64,000 nt of DNA from Rozella allomycis CSF55 (lineage: Eukaryota), in contig KE560790.1 in NCBI GenBank assembly GCA_000442015.1, positions 1 to 64,000 on the forward strand. The letters run 5' to 3'. Positions 1 through 12,078 of the stretch are shown here, piece after piece. The first letter of the stretch is position 1. Every line of letters starts with the position of its first letter. Below the pieces are notes generated by a model. That model did no database searches. It was not told the origin of the DNA and saw only the letters and a list, made by a program, of their open reading frames with translations. Made by a program: the position numbers and the translations under genes.

Positions 1-54
1 GATAGAAATATGTGTCAGATTTTGGTAATTTCCTAATCTGGTAATATTTTTTCG

Positions 55-1449
55 ATGTTTATTAGCATTTTGCTTATAGGAAACGTCCTGAGTTTCATAT
101 TAGCAAATCAGATATCTATACTAACATTACCGAATGAAATTCTTTTCAAGGTTGCCGAACGAGTTCCTATTCAAGATGTGTTCCGATTTGGAAGAGTCCA
201 TTCACAACTACATCGTCAGTTAATTAAAGATTTCGATGATTATTTACGAAAAATTTATCCAAACGAGAAAGATTTAAGTCAAGTATTAAAAATTGATAAT
301 GATGGACGCACCGTTGTGTTAAAAGTCAACGAGAATATACTCTTGCAAACAGAACACATCGGATTTTTAGTCTTTAATCTTATTCATTCTTTTGAAGATT
401 TTGATTTGCTACTCCGCTATTTATCTATAAACAAAGTGCTCCTTAAAATCGATGTGCTCCTAGATTTTGAAAAGCTTGGCAGTGAAGAGCGTTTTAAAAA
501 CGCGCTGAACATCTTAAGCGGAAACAATGTAAATTTGATATCTTTAAGAATTACCAAAATCGCCTCAAAAGAAATGTGCCTTTTAATACCGGCGTTTGTG
601 AGTAAAAAGAAAACGTTGAGACATATTTCCGTCACAAATTGTGCGGTTTCTTGTGAAGTAGAGTTAATTAAATCAATATCCGAATCTCGATCAGAAATAA
701 CTCATGTAGACTTGTCTGATAACAATATTTCAAATCTTGATTCTGAAGAGTTTACAAGATATTTAGACAATTCTAAAGTCGAGTCTTTAGATTTATCAGA
801 TAATTATATCCAGCGAAATGCATTGCTTCCTATTTTCTCAGGCCCAGCGAGAAATAATTTGAAGCGCTTAAGCTTACGGGGCATTGACCATGATGGTCAA
901 AACGCCATAAACTGGTGGTTGATTATGGACATGGTTAGATTTTCTAATCTTCACCGCGTTGATTTTTCGTCAAACCTTATACACCTAAGCGTCGATCTAA
1001 TTAGATTTGGATTCTCCTTTGATGTTCCTTTGGAACATCTTGATATAGCGAAATCAGGAATTCAAGTGAAAGATGTTGCTATTCTAATGAAAGCAATGCC
1101 TAATTTGCAGTATTTAAATATAAAAGAAAACGATATTGAATATAATGATGAATTTTACATCGCCTTGTCGAAATCCAAATTGAAGACTTTGAGATTAACT
1201 CAAAATAGGTACTTAGATGATTCTCTAGATAAATTTTCTCAAAGTATAATCAAATCGAAACTTACTCTTCTCGAAATTGAAGGTGATGAAGATGAACCCT
1301 ATAAGGAATTGAAAGAATTATTTAATCAGCAAAGGCCAAATCTTAAAATTGTTTTTACCGAAAGGAATTCTGGCAATGGAAATGATTCTGATGTTGAAGA
1401 CTTTTCCTTAGGGTTTGCGATTTTATCACTTTTCTGGCAAAGGGATTAA
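55..1449 (+). CDS. Signal peptide + F-box + leucine-rich-repeat protein (intronless)
   Basis: Hydrophobic N-terminus MFISILLIGNVLSFILA; F-box-like ILTLPNEILFKVAERV; RNI-like LRRs (ITHVDLSDNNI, VESLDLSDNYI, LQYLNIKENDI). Confidence 0.75.
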   Translation: MFISILLIGNVLSFILANQISILTLPNEILFKVAERVPIQDVFRFGRVHSQLHRQLIKDFDDYLRKIYPNEKDLSQVLKIDNDGRTVVLKVNENILLQTEHIGFLVFNLIHSFEDFDLLLRYLSINKVLLKIDVLLDFEKLGSEERFKNALNILSGNNVNLISLRITKIASKEMCLLIPAFVSKKKTLRHISVTNCAVSCEVELIKSISESRSEITHVDLSDNNISNLDSEEFTRYLDNSKVESLDLSDNYIQRNALLPIFSGPARNNLKRLSLRGIDHDGQNAINWWLIMDMVRFSNLHRVDFSSNLIHLSVDLIRFGFSFDVPLEHLDIAKSGIQVKDVAILMKAMPNLQYLNIKENDIEYNDEFYIALSKSKLKTLRLTQNRYLDDSLDKFSQSIIKSKLTLLEIEGDEDEPYKELKELFNQQRPNLKIVFTERNSGNGNDSDVEDFSLGFAILSLFWQRD

Positions 1450-1557
1450 TATTTAATAAAAAATGCATAATTAAATGCGAATTAGAATTATTCAAGTTTT
1501 TGTTAATCTATACTAAAAATGATACTATTGTCCATCATCAAGTAATTCTGAAATTTC

Positions 1558-2604
1558 ATGATTTCACTGGAGTTGTTGAAGTTCCTTTTCTACTTGGTTT
1601 TGCCATGGATCCTAAGCCAAGTCATAAAATACTTTAAGAAGAAATCTCCAAGCTTAAAACTTGAAAGAAACAAGTGGGAAAAGTTTACACGAGTTGTTTC
1701 GCTAATGACTGCTGTTTATTTCGGTTACGTAGCACTGGTTTATCAATATCCCAATTTCTATCGGCAGCTTAACGTGCCAATAAATTCTCCAATGTTTTCA
1801 TTCCGTAGTGCTGTTAGAACCTATTTAAAAGAGCAAAGCCAAATGGATTCAAGTTTACCCAATAATTTGGAAGCTGACTCTCAACATCCCGATTTTTTGC
1901 GTCTGGTGGATATCTTATCATTTTTTAAATATCATAGCAATAGAAGAGTCTATAATAATTGGGGAGAAACCACTTTATTGAATTGTAAATTTTGCAGTGA
2001 AGAAAGCGATTATTTTTATTATTTGCTCCCTTCAATAACATTTACATATTTATTCGCTCTTGTTACTCTGGGATTATCTACAAGCTCACGCCAAAGTGCT
2101 GGATGGAGAGGCTATGCAGTTGTGTTGTTTGGAATATTTTACATCAGTGATTTGGTGTCACATTATTTCGGATATGGTGATTCGGAGTTGTCAGAAATAT
2201 TTCAAGATGAATACATGACACAGTTTGAGAAAATGGCTAAGCTTAGATCGTTTTGCTTTTTTGTAATTTTTATTTTTCTTTCAGTTATCGATTATAGAAA
2301 TGAAAAGACTGAAACTGAATTAGTTGATGAACTAATCCAAAAGTCCAATAATACCTACGCAAGATTGATAACCTCAAGTTATTTAAGGGCAGCGGTAAAT
2401 GAGGATGAAGAATTGAAGAAACGAGATAATGAGTATCACAAAGGTTCCACCTTGCTAAAATCTGAATTGCAAGAGTCTGAAGAATTCTCTGCAATAAAAA
2501 CTGGAATTAAGAGCAGATACAATATTCAAGCCATGTTTGAAGAGGCTAAAACATTTTTCAAAGACCTTGAACGATATTACGCATCTAAAGAAAAGCAAGA
2601 ATGA
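1558..2604 (+). CDS. Uncharacterised multi-pass membrane protein
   Basis: Intact 348-aa ORF with about 5 hydrophobic segments and a CxxC (CKFC); no function recognised. Confidence 0.7.
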   Translation: MISLELLKFLFYLVLPWILSQVIKYFKKKSPSLKLERNKWEKFTRVVSLMTAVYFGYVALVYQYPNFYRQLNVPINSPMFSFRSAVRTYLKEQSQMDSSLPNNLEADSQHPDFLRLVDILSFFKYHSNRRVYNNWGETTLLNCKFCSEESDYFYYLLPSITFTYLFALVTLGLSTSSRQSAGWRGYAVVLFGIFYISDLVSHYFGYGDSELSEIFQDEYMTQFEKMAKLRSFCFFVIFIFLSVIDYRNEKTETELVDELIQKSNNTYARLITSSYLRAAVNEDEELKKRDNEYHKGSTLLKSELQESEEFSAIKTGIKSRYNIQAMFEEAKTFFKDLERYYASKEKQE

Positions 2605-2633
2605 ATTAAATAAAAGTTGGTGGCGAATTGTCT

Positions 2634-3857
2634 TTAATAAAAGTGAGTATCCTCAATAGAACAACCTCTTAAAGATGGTACTTCACTGCCTTTTGCATAA
2701 ACATTTGACCAATATTCTTCCATTGGCGGTTGTGGACTTTCCGTAGCCTTTTGAACTGCTTCTTCAACTTCTACTCTCGCTTCCTTGTCAATAGCCTAAT
2801 CTTTCTGCTATAAAATATTTACTTTTAATTCTTCTTCTAAAGCAACCGAGTTGTCTAAAATAATCTTTTTTAATCCAGTTATTGGGTCATTTAGGCTCCT
2901 CATTTGTTGAATCTCCTCTCTTGTCCGGTATGTTGTTCCTGGGTCAGACATAGAGTGTCCACCATAGCGATATGTGTTGATTTCCATTACCAAAGGGCCT
3001 TTTCCACTCAATGCCCATTGTTTGGCGAAACTACAAGCTTCACGAACTGCTAGCACATTCATACCGTTAACCTTTTTGCTTTTTAAAAAGCATTTTACTT
3101 TTATTCCCGGGATGTAATCACCTCTGGCATAATAATCAGTTGAGGCTGAAGATCTCTGCATCGCTGTTCCCATGCCATATTTATTGTTCTCGCATACAAA
3201 AATACACGGCAAATTCCATAATTTAGCCATATTAAAAGCCTCAAAAACTTGTCCTTGATTTGATGCACCATCCCCGTACAATGAAAATGTTACATTCTTT
3301 TGATTCATATATTTTTGGGCGAGCGCTAGTCCTGCTCCCACTGGTACCTTGTTCACGTTAAGATTAGTTATATACTTGGGCTCCAACAATTCCATTTCCT
3401 CCATAAAAGTTGTTTGCAAACATATGCATGGACCCGCCTTTCCCCTTTGCTATTCCATCTTTACGACCCTATCAATCTTTAAGATAAACCATACCATAAG
3501 CTCAGCGAGGATAGAAAAAACTGAACCACCTCTTGTGTAGGTAAATCCATGACATCTGTAGGCTGTAATAATCTTGTCGTCTGAAGTTATTGCTGCTTCC
3601 ATCCCCACAGGCACTGCTTCCTGGCCTATTGCCAGATGGCAAAATCCTCTAATCATTTTACTCTTGTAAAGATTATCGGCTGCTGTTTCCATTCGGCGGA
3701 TTACAACCATCTGGCGATACATATTCATCAATTGCTCTTTGGTTGCTTTTGCAACTGGAGGTGGTGGATCGCATTTATGAGTAATAAATGGTTCTCCTAA
3801 CTTGAATTCAAATGTTTTCGTAGAGTATAGACGGCGTATTAAACGATTTGATGCCAT
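2634..3857 (-). CDS. PDA1: Pyruvate dehydrogenase E1 alpha subunit (4 introns of 26-28 nt)
   Basis: [49 protein letters not shown] motifs; ATG 3857, TAA 2634-2636. Confidence 0.97.
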
Positions 3858-4126
3858 CCGTGCACCAGGGTCAATTGAAATTAAACAAACTGCCAATTTC
3901 AATTCAAGCAAAATAAAATATATTTCATATTCTTACTTTGGGGTAACGATATTGTTTAATTGAAAACATTAGTGTATGATTTCAGTATGAGTAGGCTTCA
4001 CATTATGCATACTGATTACCAATAATTTTTATTTTAATCATTTTCTAGTAGTTTGTACAACATTCTAGAAGTGCTTCAACCCAGATAATTGAGGCTTAGA
4101 CAGAAACTTCTAGCAAACATTGTAAA

Positions 4127-5132
4127 ATGGGCAAAGACTATTATGCTATTCTCGGAATTCCCAAAGACGCAGATGAAGACGCAATAAAAAAGGCTTATCG
4201 CAAACTGGCCCTTAAATGGCATCCAGATCGAAATCCCGACTCCAAGGAATTGGCAGATAAGAAATTTAAAGAGCTAGCAGAAGCCTATGAAGTTCTCATT
4301 GACAAAAACAAAAGGCAAATATACGATCAGTTCGGAGAAGAAGGATTAAAGAATTCAGGAGGCCCACCACCAGGCGCTGGTGGTCGTGGTTTTCCCCAAG
4401 GATTTTCTTTTGGAGGTGGTGGTTTCCGACCTCATTCAGCAGATTTTATTTTTGAGCAATTCTTTGGTGGTGGTTTTGGAGGCGGTAGTAGCTTTATGGA
4501 TGTTGATGACGACTTTGGAGGATCACCATTTGGGTTTGGCGGTGGTAGAAGCTCAAAGCCAAAGAAAGCGCCAGCAGTACAAAAACATATTCAGGTTAGT
4601 TTGGAAGAGCTATACACAGGTGCTTCAAAAAAGATGAAAGTGGTAAGTGAAACAGCAACAAAAAAAGTAGACTCGTAAAGTATTTGATGCAACTGGCAGG
4701 CCAAGCACTTTAGAGAAAATACTTCAAATTGACATAAAGCCGGGCTGGAAATCTGGAACTAAAGTCCGATTTGAAGGAGAAGGAGATGAAATTTCACCAG
4801 GGAACGCTCAAGCTATTGAGTTCGTTATTGAAGAAAAGCCCCATCCTGTTTTCAAGAGAGAAGGACATGATCTTCACATGAATATCACACTTTCATTATC
4901 AGAGGCATTAACAGGGTTTACGAAGCCAATAACAACTGTCGACGGAAGGACTGCCAACATATCAAATGTTAACGTAACGCAACCCGGCCAAACTATGACC
5001 TATGCCAATGCAGGCATGCCTAATCAAAAAAATCCCAATCAAAAAGGCAATTTAGTGATACATTTTAATGTCCAATTTCCATCGTCGTTAACGGATATAC
5101 AGAAAGACACCATTCGCAAAGTACTCGCTTAA
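4127..5132 (+). CDS. SIS1: Type II Hsp40/DnaJ (Sis1/DNAJB-like), 1 intron 4643-4670
   Basis: J domain with HPD, G/F-rich region, C-terminal [10 protein letters not shown] and GMPNQK...[12 protein letters not shown]. Confidence 0.92.
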
Positions 5133-5178
5133 AAGAAATGTATTTATTAAACATTTTTTAGTTGTTTTTAAAATTAAT

Positions 5179-6032
5179 TTACTTTTTTCTTTCTTTTACA
5201 TTCCAAAATTCAAGTTTCATGAAACTAATCACATCATTTTCGTCAACTTTTGCTACAATCCACTTTTTGTTTGCGTTATTAGCCAATCTAGTATTTGCAA
5301 CTATCTGTTGTGGTCTTATAAAGTCCAGTCCATTGGAAACGGATACAATCCATTCTGAATGGCATTTCCAAGGCATTTGATGGTAAACCAGGAAATCTCC
5401 TCCAAACTTGAAACCTTCCATTACATAATAGTTCTTGATAATGAGGTCATGAAATACTTTGTATTTGATGCTTTCATTTCTATTTTCAGGATGGAACGGA
5501 CTATCGGCAAGCTCAAATGGTGTATTCATCTTGGTCAATTCTTCTTTTTCCAATTGAATATATTCTGGGATATGATCTAATTGGCATTTAATTGAAGACA
5601 TTATTATATTTAGTAGATTCTCATCTTCTTGCATTATCTGGCCATATTTGCTCATTGCTTCTTTTTTCTTGTGAATGCGTCTTTGCGCTTCGATGGACTT
5701 TGTATTGGATAAATACATTTCATATTCTTTTGTCTCTGTGAAGTCAAAATTTTGAATGACTTTAAATACTTTCCATTTGCAATTGTACACTAAATAGTTC
5801 ACCTCCCAGTTGGTGAGAAATAATGGAACCTTCACGTCTTCTTCTATAAACTCTTCTTCTTCGATTTTTTCGTTTTCTGTATGATTTTGAAGTGATACGC
5901 CCGATATTTTGTATCCAATGATGTTCAGTTCACGACAACGAACAGCATCTATCGATATTCAAACAAATCATTACTCTTATTATTCAAGATAACAAATAAG
6001 CCGCTATTTTCCAGATAATAAATTTCGTCCAT
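5179..6032 (-). CDS. SEN34: tRNA-splicing endonuclease catalytic subunit (Sen34-like)
   Basis: GFKFGGDFLVY...HS...RLANNANKK endonuclease motifs; N-terminal exon joined via a 26-nt intron to ATG 6032. Confidence 0.85.
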
Positions 6033-6104
6033 AGTTTAGAAATTTTGAGTTAAGTTGCCCATGCGATTTGTTGACAAAATATCATTAAAGCCAAAATAGT
6101 AAAC

Positions 6105-9100
6105 ATGTATTCGGGTGACTTTATCCGCAAGTCAGTTATTGACGATGAAGTTAAAAATGGGATTAAAAGGCTTCAAACAAAAATGAAAGAGCTAAATCAA
6201 CGGAAAACAGAAGCGGTTAAAATAGAGGACTATATGATGGCGATGAAGTTGAAAAAAGAATTAGAGGTTTTATCGGAAGAGTTGTTCAAAATGGAAAATC
6301 AAACCAATGTGAATTTGATTGGCTTCTGTTTAAGCGATTGGCTGGACAATATGGCGGAATATTTGCATCCACTATCTTTGGATTTGAAATATCAAGTAAA
6401 TAGCAAAGTTAGTTAAGATTGATATCGGATGATTTTCCAATTGGAAGCCCTTTTCATAAATGCATCGTGAAGTTTATTAGCAACATGGATAGGACATTCA
6501 TACCAGTTTTTGTGAATACAATCATCTCCATAATTCCCATAAATGAAAGAAAAGAGGAATTACAAAAACGAGTATCTAGTTTCCACAACAGATTAGAGGT
6601 GCATGGGATGGTGAAATATCATGAGATTCATGTAAGTACATTTACATTTCATTAAGGCTAGAATCTCTATTACATACTCGGGTTGCTTGACATTCTCACT
6701 CATGCAATAACGAGATTCGTAGAGGAAGATTTAAGTCTGTCGCTACTAAAATCCAATGTAATTATAGAAATGGCATTTGAATTTGCAGAAAATGACTATT
6801 TCAAGTAAAGCTATAATTTGCTGCAGAAAGAAAAGTTCCTTATCCATTTGAGAGATATTTTAGATTTCAAATTCCCCTAAGGCTTTCAATAATATTGAGT
6901 GATGTATCTTTTGACCTGTAACATTGTCCTTGATATATTAGATTTAGCAAGGCGTACATATTTGACCTTCTTTCAAAGAAAGCACTTAATAACGAACAAA
7001 TGACAACGATGTTAAGCATTATTTGCAGATTAAGATTTAATGTAAGAAAATTGTTTGGCTATTTTTTAGATCAACAGCGAAGAAGAATTGAGGCATTTAG
7101 ATTTGTACTTGGGTTTCTATTTGTCACTAATCGAGAAATCAACCAATAGATATTTAAAGCTTGCTTTTTTGCAAGCAATCGAACACATTTGTTCTCAATT
7201 TTCTTTTTCATTACTTGAAAAGAAGGGATTTTCTCATCAATTTGAAAATGATGTTTTTGCCATCCTTCAAAACGTCATTAAGAAAGTTGAATTATTGTAT
7301 GAGCAAGGTGATAAAGACGTTTTATTTTTGTTATCCCTATTATATTCTAGAATGTGCTTGGAAGGAAAAGGTTTGGCATTTCTTAAAAAACGTGTTATTA
7401 CGAAAGCTATTGAGGAATTGCATGAGAATGTCAATCTAGAATGTTTGCTTTGCTTTTTGAGAACGTCGTATTTTCATGGGGACGTTGATGTCGTTAGGGA
7501 ATTTCAAGAGGAATCGGGGTCCACTTTGATGGCCTACTTATCAGAACCAATTGATAATCTGGATATAATTAAGGATATTTTAGATAAACACGTTATTCAA
7601 TCAGAAAAGTGCTTTATCGGAGTGGATTATATTGACACATTTGTGCAAATTGTAATTTCTATTGCTTCCGTCGAGTAAGAAATATTATTTCTTTAATAAA
7701 GCTTGGAATATGTAAATGATAAAATATTTCCATTTCTATTGCAGAAAATAAAGAAAAATGATGTTGTTTTTGGTATTATAGCTGTTCGTACTTTAAAGAT
7801 GCTGATCAATCCGGATTATGAGTTTTCTGAGCACGCTTTTATAAAAGATAATGAAACTTTCGGGAATTCAATAAAAAGACTTCTTGACAGTCAAACCGAA
7901 TTGATTGCTGAAGTTTTGAGATTGTGTGTAGAAAGTATTGGGGAATGTAAAGTTGGATGTAGAAATACAATTATTGATGTGTTTGAAGATAATTTAACAA
8001 CTGTATCAGCAATGAAAGACTTGATGAATGGAATGATTTGGCCCAGTTTTCCAAGATGGTTTGACAATGAAAAGTTGGTTTATTATAGCACTGGATTCTT
8101 GTGGAGAACTCCAATAAATCCAATTTGCAATGTGATCAATCGAACTAATAATATTATAAAAATAGAAGAAGATAATAAATTAAAATTGGTTCTATTTAAA
8201 GGAGCATTGCAGATTTTCGATCTCTTTCCTTTACCAGAATTTCATTACGGGAATGATTTCATTGGCAAAGAAATAATAAATGCGATTGATGAAATTTCAT
8301 TAGAAAGTTGTTTGGCGGTGAAGAGATTGTTTATTGAAGACCCACAGTCAAGGCTTAAAATTATCAATGCTTTCATTAATTGTATTTCTGAAGACATTGA
8401 AGAAAACAGTTTAAAGACTTATTTGTTGTTTATAAAAAACTTGTTTTTGATCTGGTTGAAATTGGGAGTTACCAATACTTCCCAAAGGAAATTTATAAAG
8501 TTGAAAGCTAAAATTGAAATGAATTGTCTCTTTATATTCTTTTCAAAATTAAATGAACAGATTTTTGAGTTGTGCTTTGATTTATTGAATTCGTTTCGGG
8601 AATTAACAAAGACATTTTCTGCAAACAATGAAATCAGTTTTGAAGACTTGTTTGTAAATTCTTCGAATTACAAGAAGGTTAATTCTTTGTGCCAAGTTAT
8701 TTTTGGTAAAAATGATCCAACGGATAAAGATTTGACATCTTTCAAAACTTTATCTGGAAATCATAAATCAATCTATTTAAACATTTTGATTGATAAAGCA
8801 AGTGAAAATTTTGTTAATTTAGAGATTTTGAATAAAATTGCTCCAAAATTTAAGGTTTGTGTGGCTGAGCATGTTCTCTTATTGGTTTGTCTTTTAAAGT
8901 ATCCAGGATCATCATGGATAAATAAAAGTGATATAATTAATTCAATTTTTAAGCTTGAAATCTTAAAAAATAATCCAATAGTCTCATATTTGATTGCATT
9001 AAATTCCACAAGAGAATTAATGAATGAAGTGTTTATTAATTTTAAACAGTTTTTAGTCTTGCGGTTGGAAGAAACATTTCAATTCTTTAAATTATTATTT

Positions 9101-11756
9101 CAAAATAAAATCTTCATTGATTGGTTTTTAGAAAACAATGAAGAAATCTTGAAGTGTATTTGCATAGATAATATTCTCATTGAAACAGAATCTGAAAGTT
9201 ATTTTCAATTTCTTAATTGTGTGGTATTATTGCTATTGAAAATCAATGAAAATAAATTTTATAGGAAAATATTTCAATTTTTAAAATCAAAAGGATTCAA
9301 AGGAGAAATTATGCAAACATGTTTGGCATTTCCTGATATTGTTGAAATAAATAAACAAGTTTTAGATTTAGCCCTTGATTTGGTAATTTACTACAATTTG
9401 GGTCTTTTAGGAATTCAAAAATCATGAAGGTTTATTTTGGCTCTTTCTGCGTTATCCAAAGACTATGCTTGAGCTTTGCACTGTTTTGACTTACAAGTAC
9501 AATTAATTTCCTTCATTGATTAGCATTGAAAATGAAAGGAATCAATTTTTACTAAATTATATTATTGATTTCTTTTCAGGCACAAAAAGGTCAAAAGTCA
9601 TTCAAAGTTGCAATAAACTTTTCAATACAAATGATGAGACTCCTTTGCCGCCCAAATATGATTTTGGCAATCTTATATTCTTTGGTAATCTTATCCCTCG
9701 TTTAAAAGTAGCATTTTATCATTTCTCTAAATCTGAATGTTTAATAGAAAAGATATTTGATCATCCCATTAGCAATCCATTCGTGTTTTTAAATTCTTGT
9801 GAAAACATTGACATTTTTATTTCTGATTTCTTACTTGAAGGAATCAATTGTTTAGATTGTTTAAGCAAATACAATTACAAAGGATTAGAATGGGCGTTAA
9901 ATCTCATATTTCCTTGTCTACACTACTTAAAGGAATCAAACATTCTTCACAAAAAGATTTTATTCTACGTTGTTTCCTTTACTTTAGACAACATCCATTT
10001 CATTGATAGTTTAATTGAATTCATTCGTACATTTACTCTTAATAATTTAATTACATTTAATGAAATATTTGACATTTTGTTGACCATTCTTCCAATAAAT
10101 GATTACATTGCATACAAGTGCTTTGATTCGCTCTATTCAATTGATTTTATAAGATGGATGCTAAAAGATATTTTAGTCAAGGATTTATCAGATTTTTCCG
10201 ACGATACGGATGTCTCTTACCAATTTTTCAATTTTCTAAAGTCAAGAAATCAACAAATCTCTGTTATAAATAATTCAAATAATCTTGCCGTTGTACTGAA
10301 GCATTATTTGAATAAAGACCCCCGTTCATTTTTACCCTTTTATCCCCAATTATTCATTCACATTCATTTAGACAAAAGCGCTGAAATTGAAGAAATAAAA
10401 GTGGTATTCGTAATTTAAATATCTAATAGATTCTCTTTAATAAATTTAATTCAAGTTCAAGTGAAGATTTGTTTAAAAGACTTTCTTTAAACTCTTCAAC
10501 TGTTCTTCATGATTACTTTCAAAGAACATATCGCAATTCAGTAAGTTTATGTAACTTTTTTTAATAGAATCACGAGGAAAAGGAAAGATTATTTGATGTT
10601 CTTGATATAATTTCCAAAAACGATCCTGAACAAACTTTTGATTTTCTTATTGGTGTTACTAAAGAGTGTCTATCCCTGGTGTACGAAAAAGAACCTTTGT
10701 CAGAATGTCTGTTTCATAAATTAATTAATTGCATAAACGTAAAACTAAAGTTGAAAGTAAAAAAGAATTGCGTAAAGTTTGGCGCGAAAGACAACTATCG
10801 CCTGCTTCATTTGCTTTTAGTTATTTGCTACACTGATTGTAACATAATCCCAACGACTTACTTGAATATTCTTGCTTCCTTAAACACATTTCTAAGCGGC
10901 AACAGGATCTTGCTGGAAAACTTTATACCCGTGAATACAAATATTAGTTTATTGGAAACTCTTCTTCAGGTAAAAAAAGATTTATATTTTCAGAGGGAAT
11001 AGAATGTGAGTCTTTAAAAGAAAAGAAGCTAATCATTTCAACAATCATTCAATGCTGGATCTCATTGCCAAAAAATGTTTTTGATCCTTCTCCAACTGGT
11101 TTCCTTTATTTTATTTTGCATGTAATATTTTGGATAATGCTTCAACTATCAAGAAAATACAATCCAAATTCTAAAAAACACGAAGATTTTGTAAATGATA
11201 TCTCAATATTTAGATTTAGAGTGATGTCTTGCAAATTTTGAAGGATGCATTTGAAACAAAATGCCCCAATGAAACCAAAAAGATTATTGATGCACTAGAT
11301 TTCATTATAAGAAACCACGAGGCTAGCTATTATATTATAGATCCTTGTCTCAATCTGATGTTGGAGAATATATCTGACCTTTTTCTCCCTGAATCGACCC
11401 ATAATATTGTTGAATTCTTGATACATATGCTGAGAATCGACCCAAATATTAATATGCAGGTGGTACTAAAGTTTGTACTTGGATTACGACACAAAATAGA
11501 CAACGATGATATGAATCCACTCCTTCAAGTAATTTTGATTTTGAATCTTAAAAAGTTCATTTTAAAGATATCCAATCGAAAGGAGCAAATTGCATCACTA
11601 ATAGGATACGCTTACTCGTGTTTTGTAGTGCCTAAACATGGTGATTGCTCGTACGAAACAAATGATATTGATTTACACGCCAAACCAAAAGAACATTCTT
11701 TCAAAAATATCAACAAACTTACCTTGCAAGATATATTATCTCTATTGCCCAAATAA
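6105..11756 (+). CDS. Large multi-exon helical-repeat protein with N-terminal UVR-like coiled coil; tentatively Furry/Tao3/Mor2-like scaffold
   Basis: ORF fragments join through about 12 micro-introns; EAVKIEDYMMAMKLKKEL is UVR-like; the spliced N-terminal part weakly resembles the Furry N-terminal domain (by eye). Confidence 0.5.
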
Positions 11757-11788
11757 AACAATTTTAAGATATATTTTTAATAAAACAT

Positions 11789-11859
11789 TGCGTTAGCCGA
11801 GAATCGAACTCGGGGCTAACCCGTGGCAGGGGCTAATTTTACCACTAAACCACTAACGC
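11789..11859 (-). tRNA. tRNA-Gly(GCC)
   Basis: GCGTTAGTGGTTTAGTGGTAAAATTAGCCCCTGCCACGGGTTAGCCCCGAGTTCGATTCTCGGCTAACGCA; cloverleaf, TTCGA T-loop, anticodon loop CTGCCAC. Confidence 0.97.
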
Positions 11860-12078
11860 TTGTGATAAGTGTCTCTAAAACTATTGTTTGTATAGTTTTT
11901 GCATAATACAATCATAATTAGAATTAACCACTTGCACAATTGCTAAACACCTTATAATTTCACCTTACCGTAGTATATATAATGAAATATTGACGATAAT
12001 GATGCATCCAATGTTGGTGACATAAACACTTCCACCCTTGTACACGTGTAGAGTGCCACCTGTCACCCTGGTCAGACA

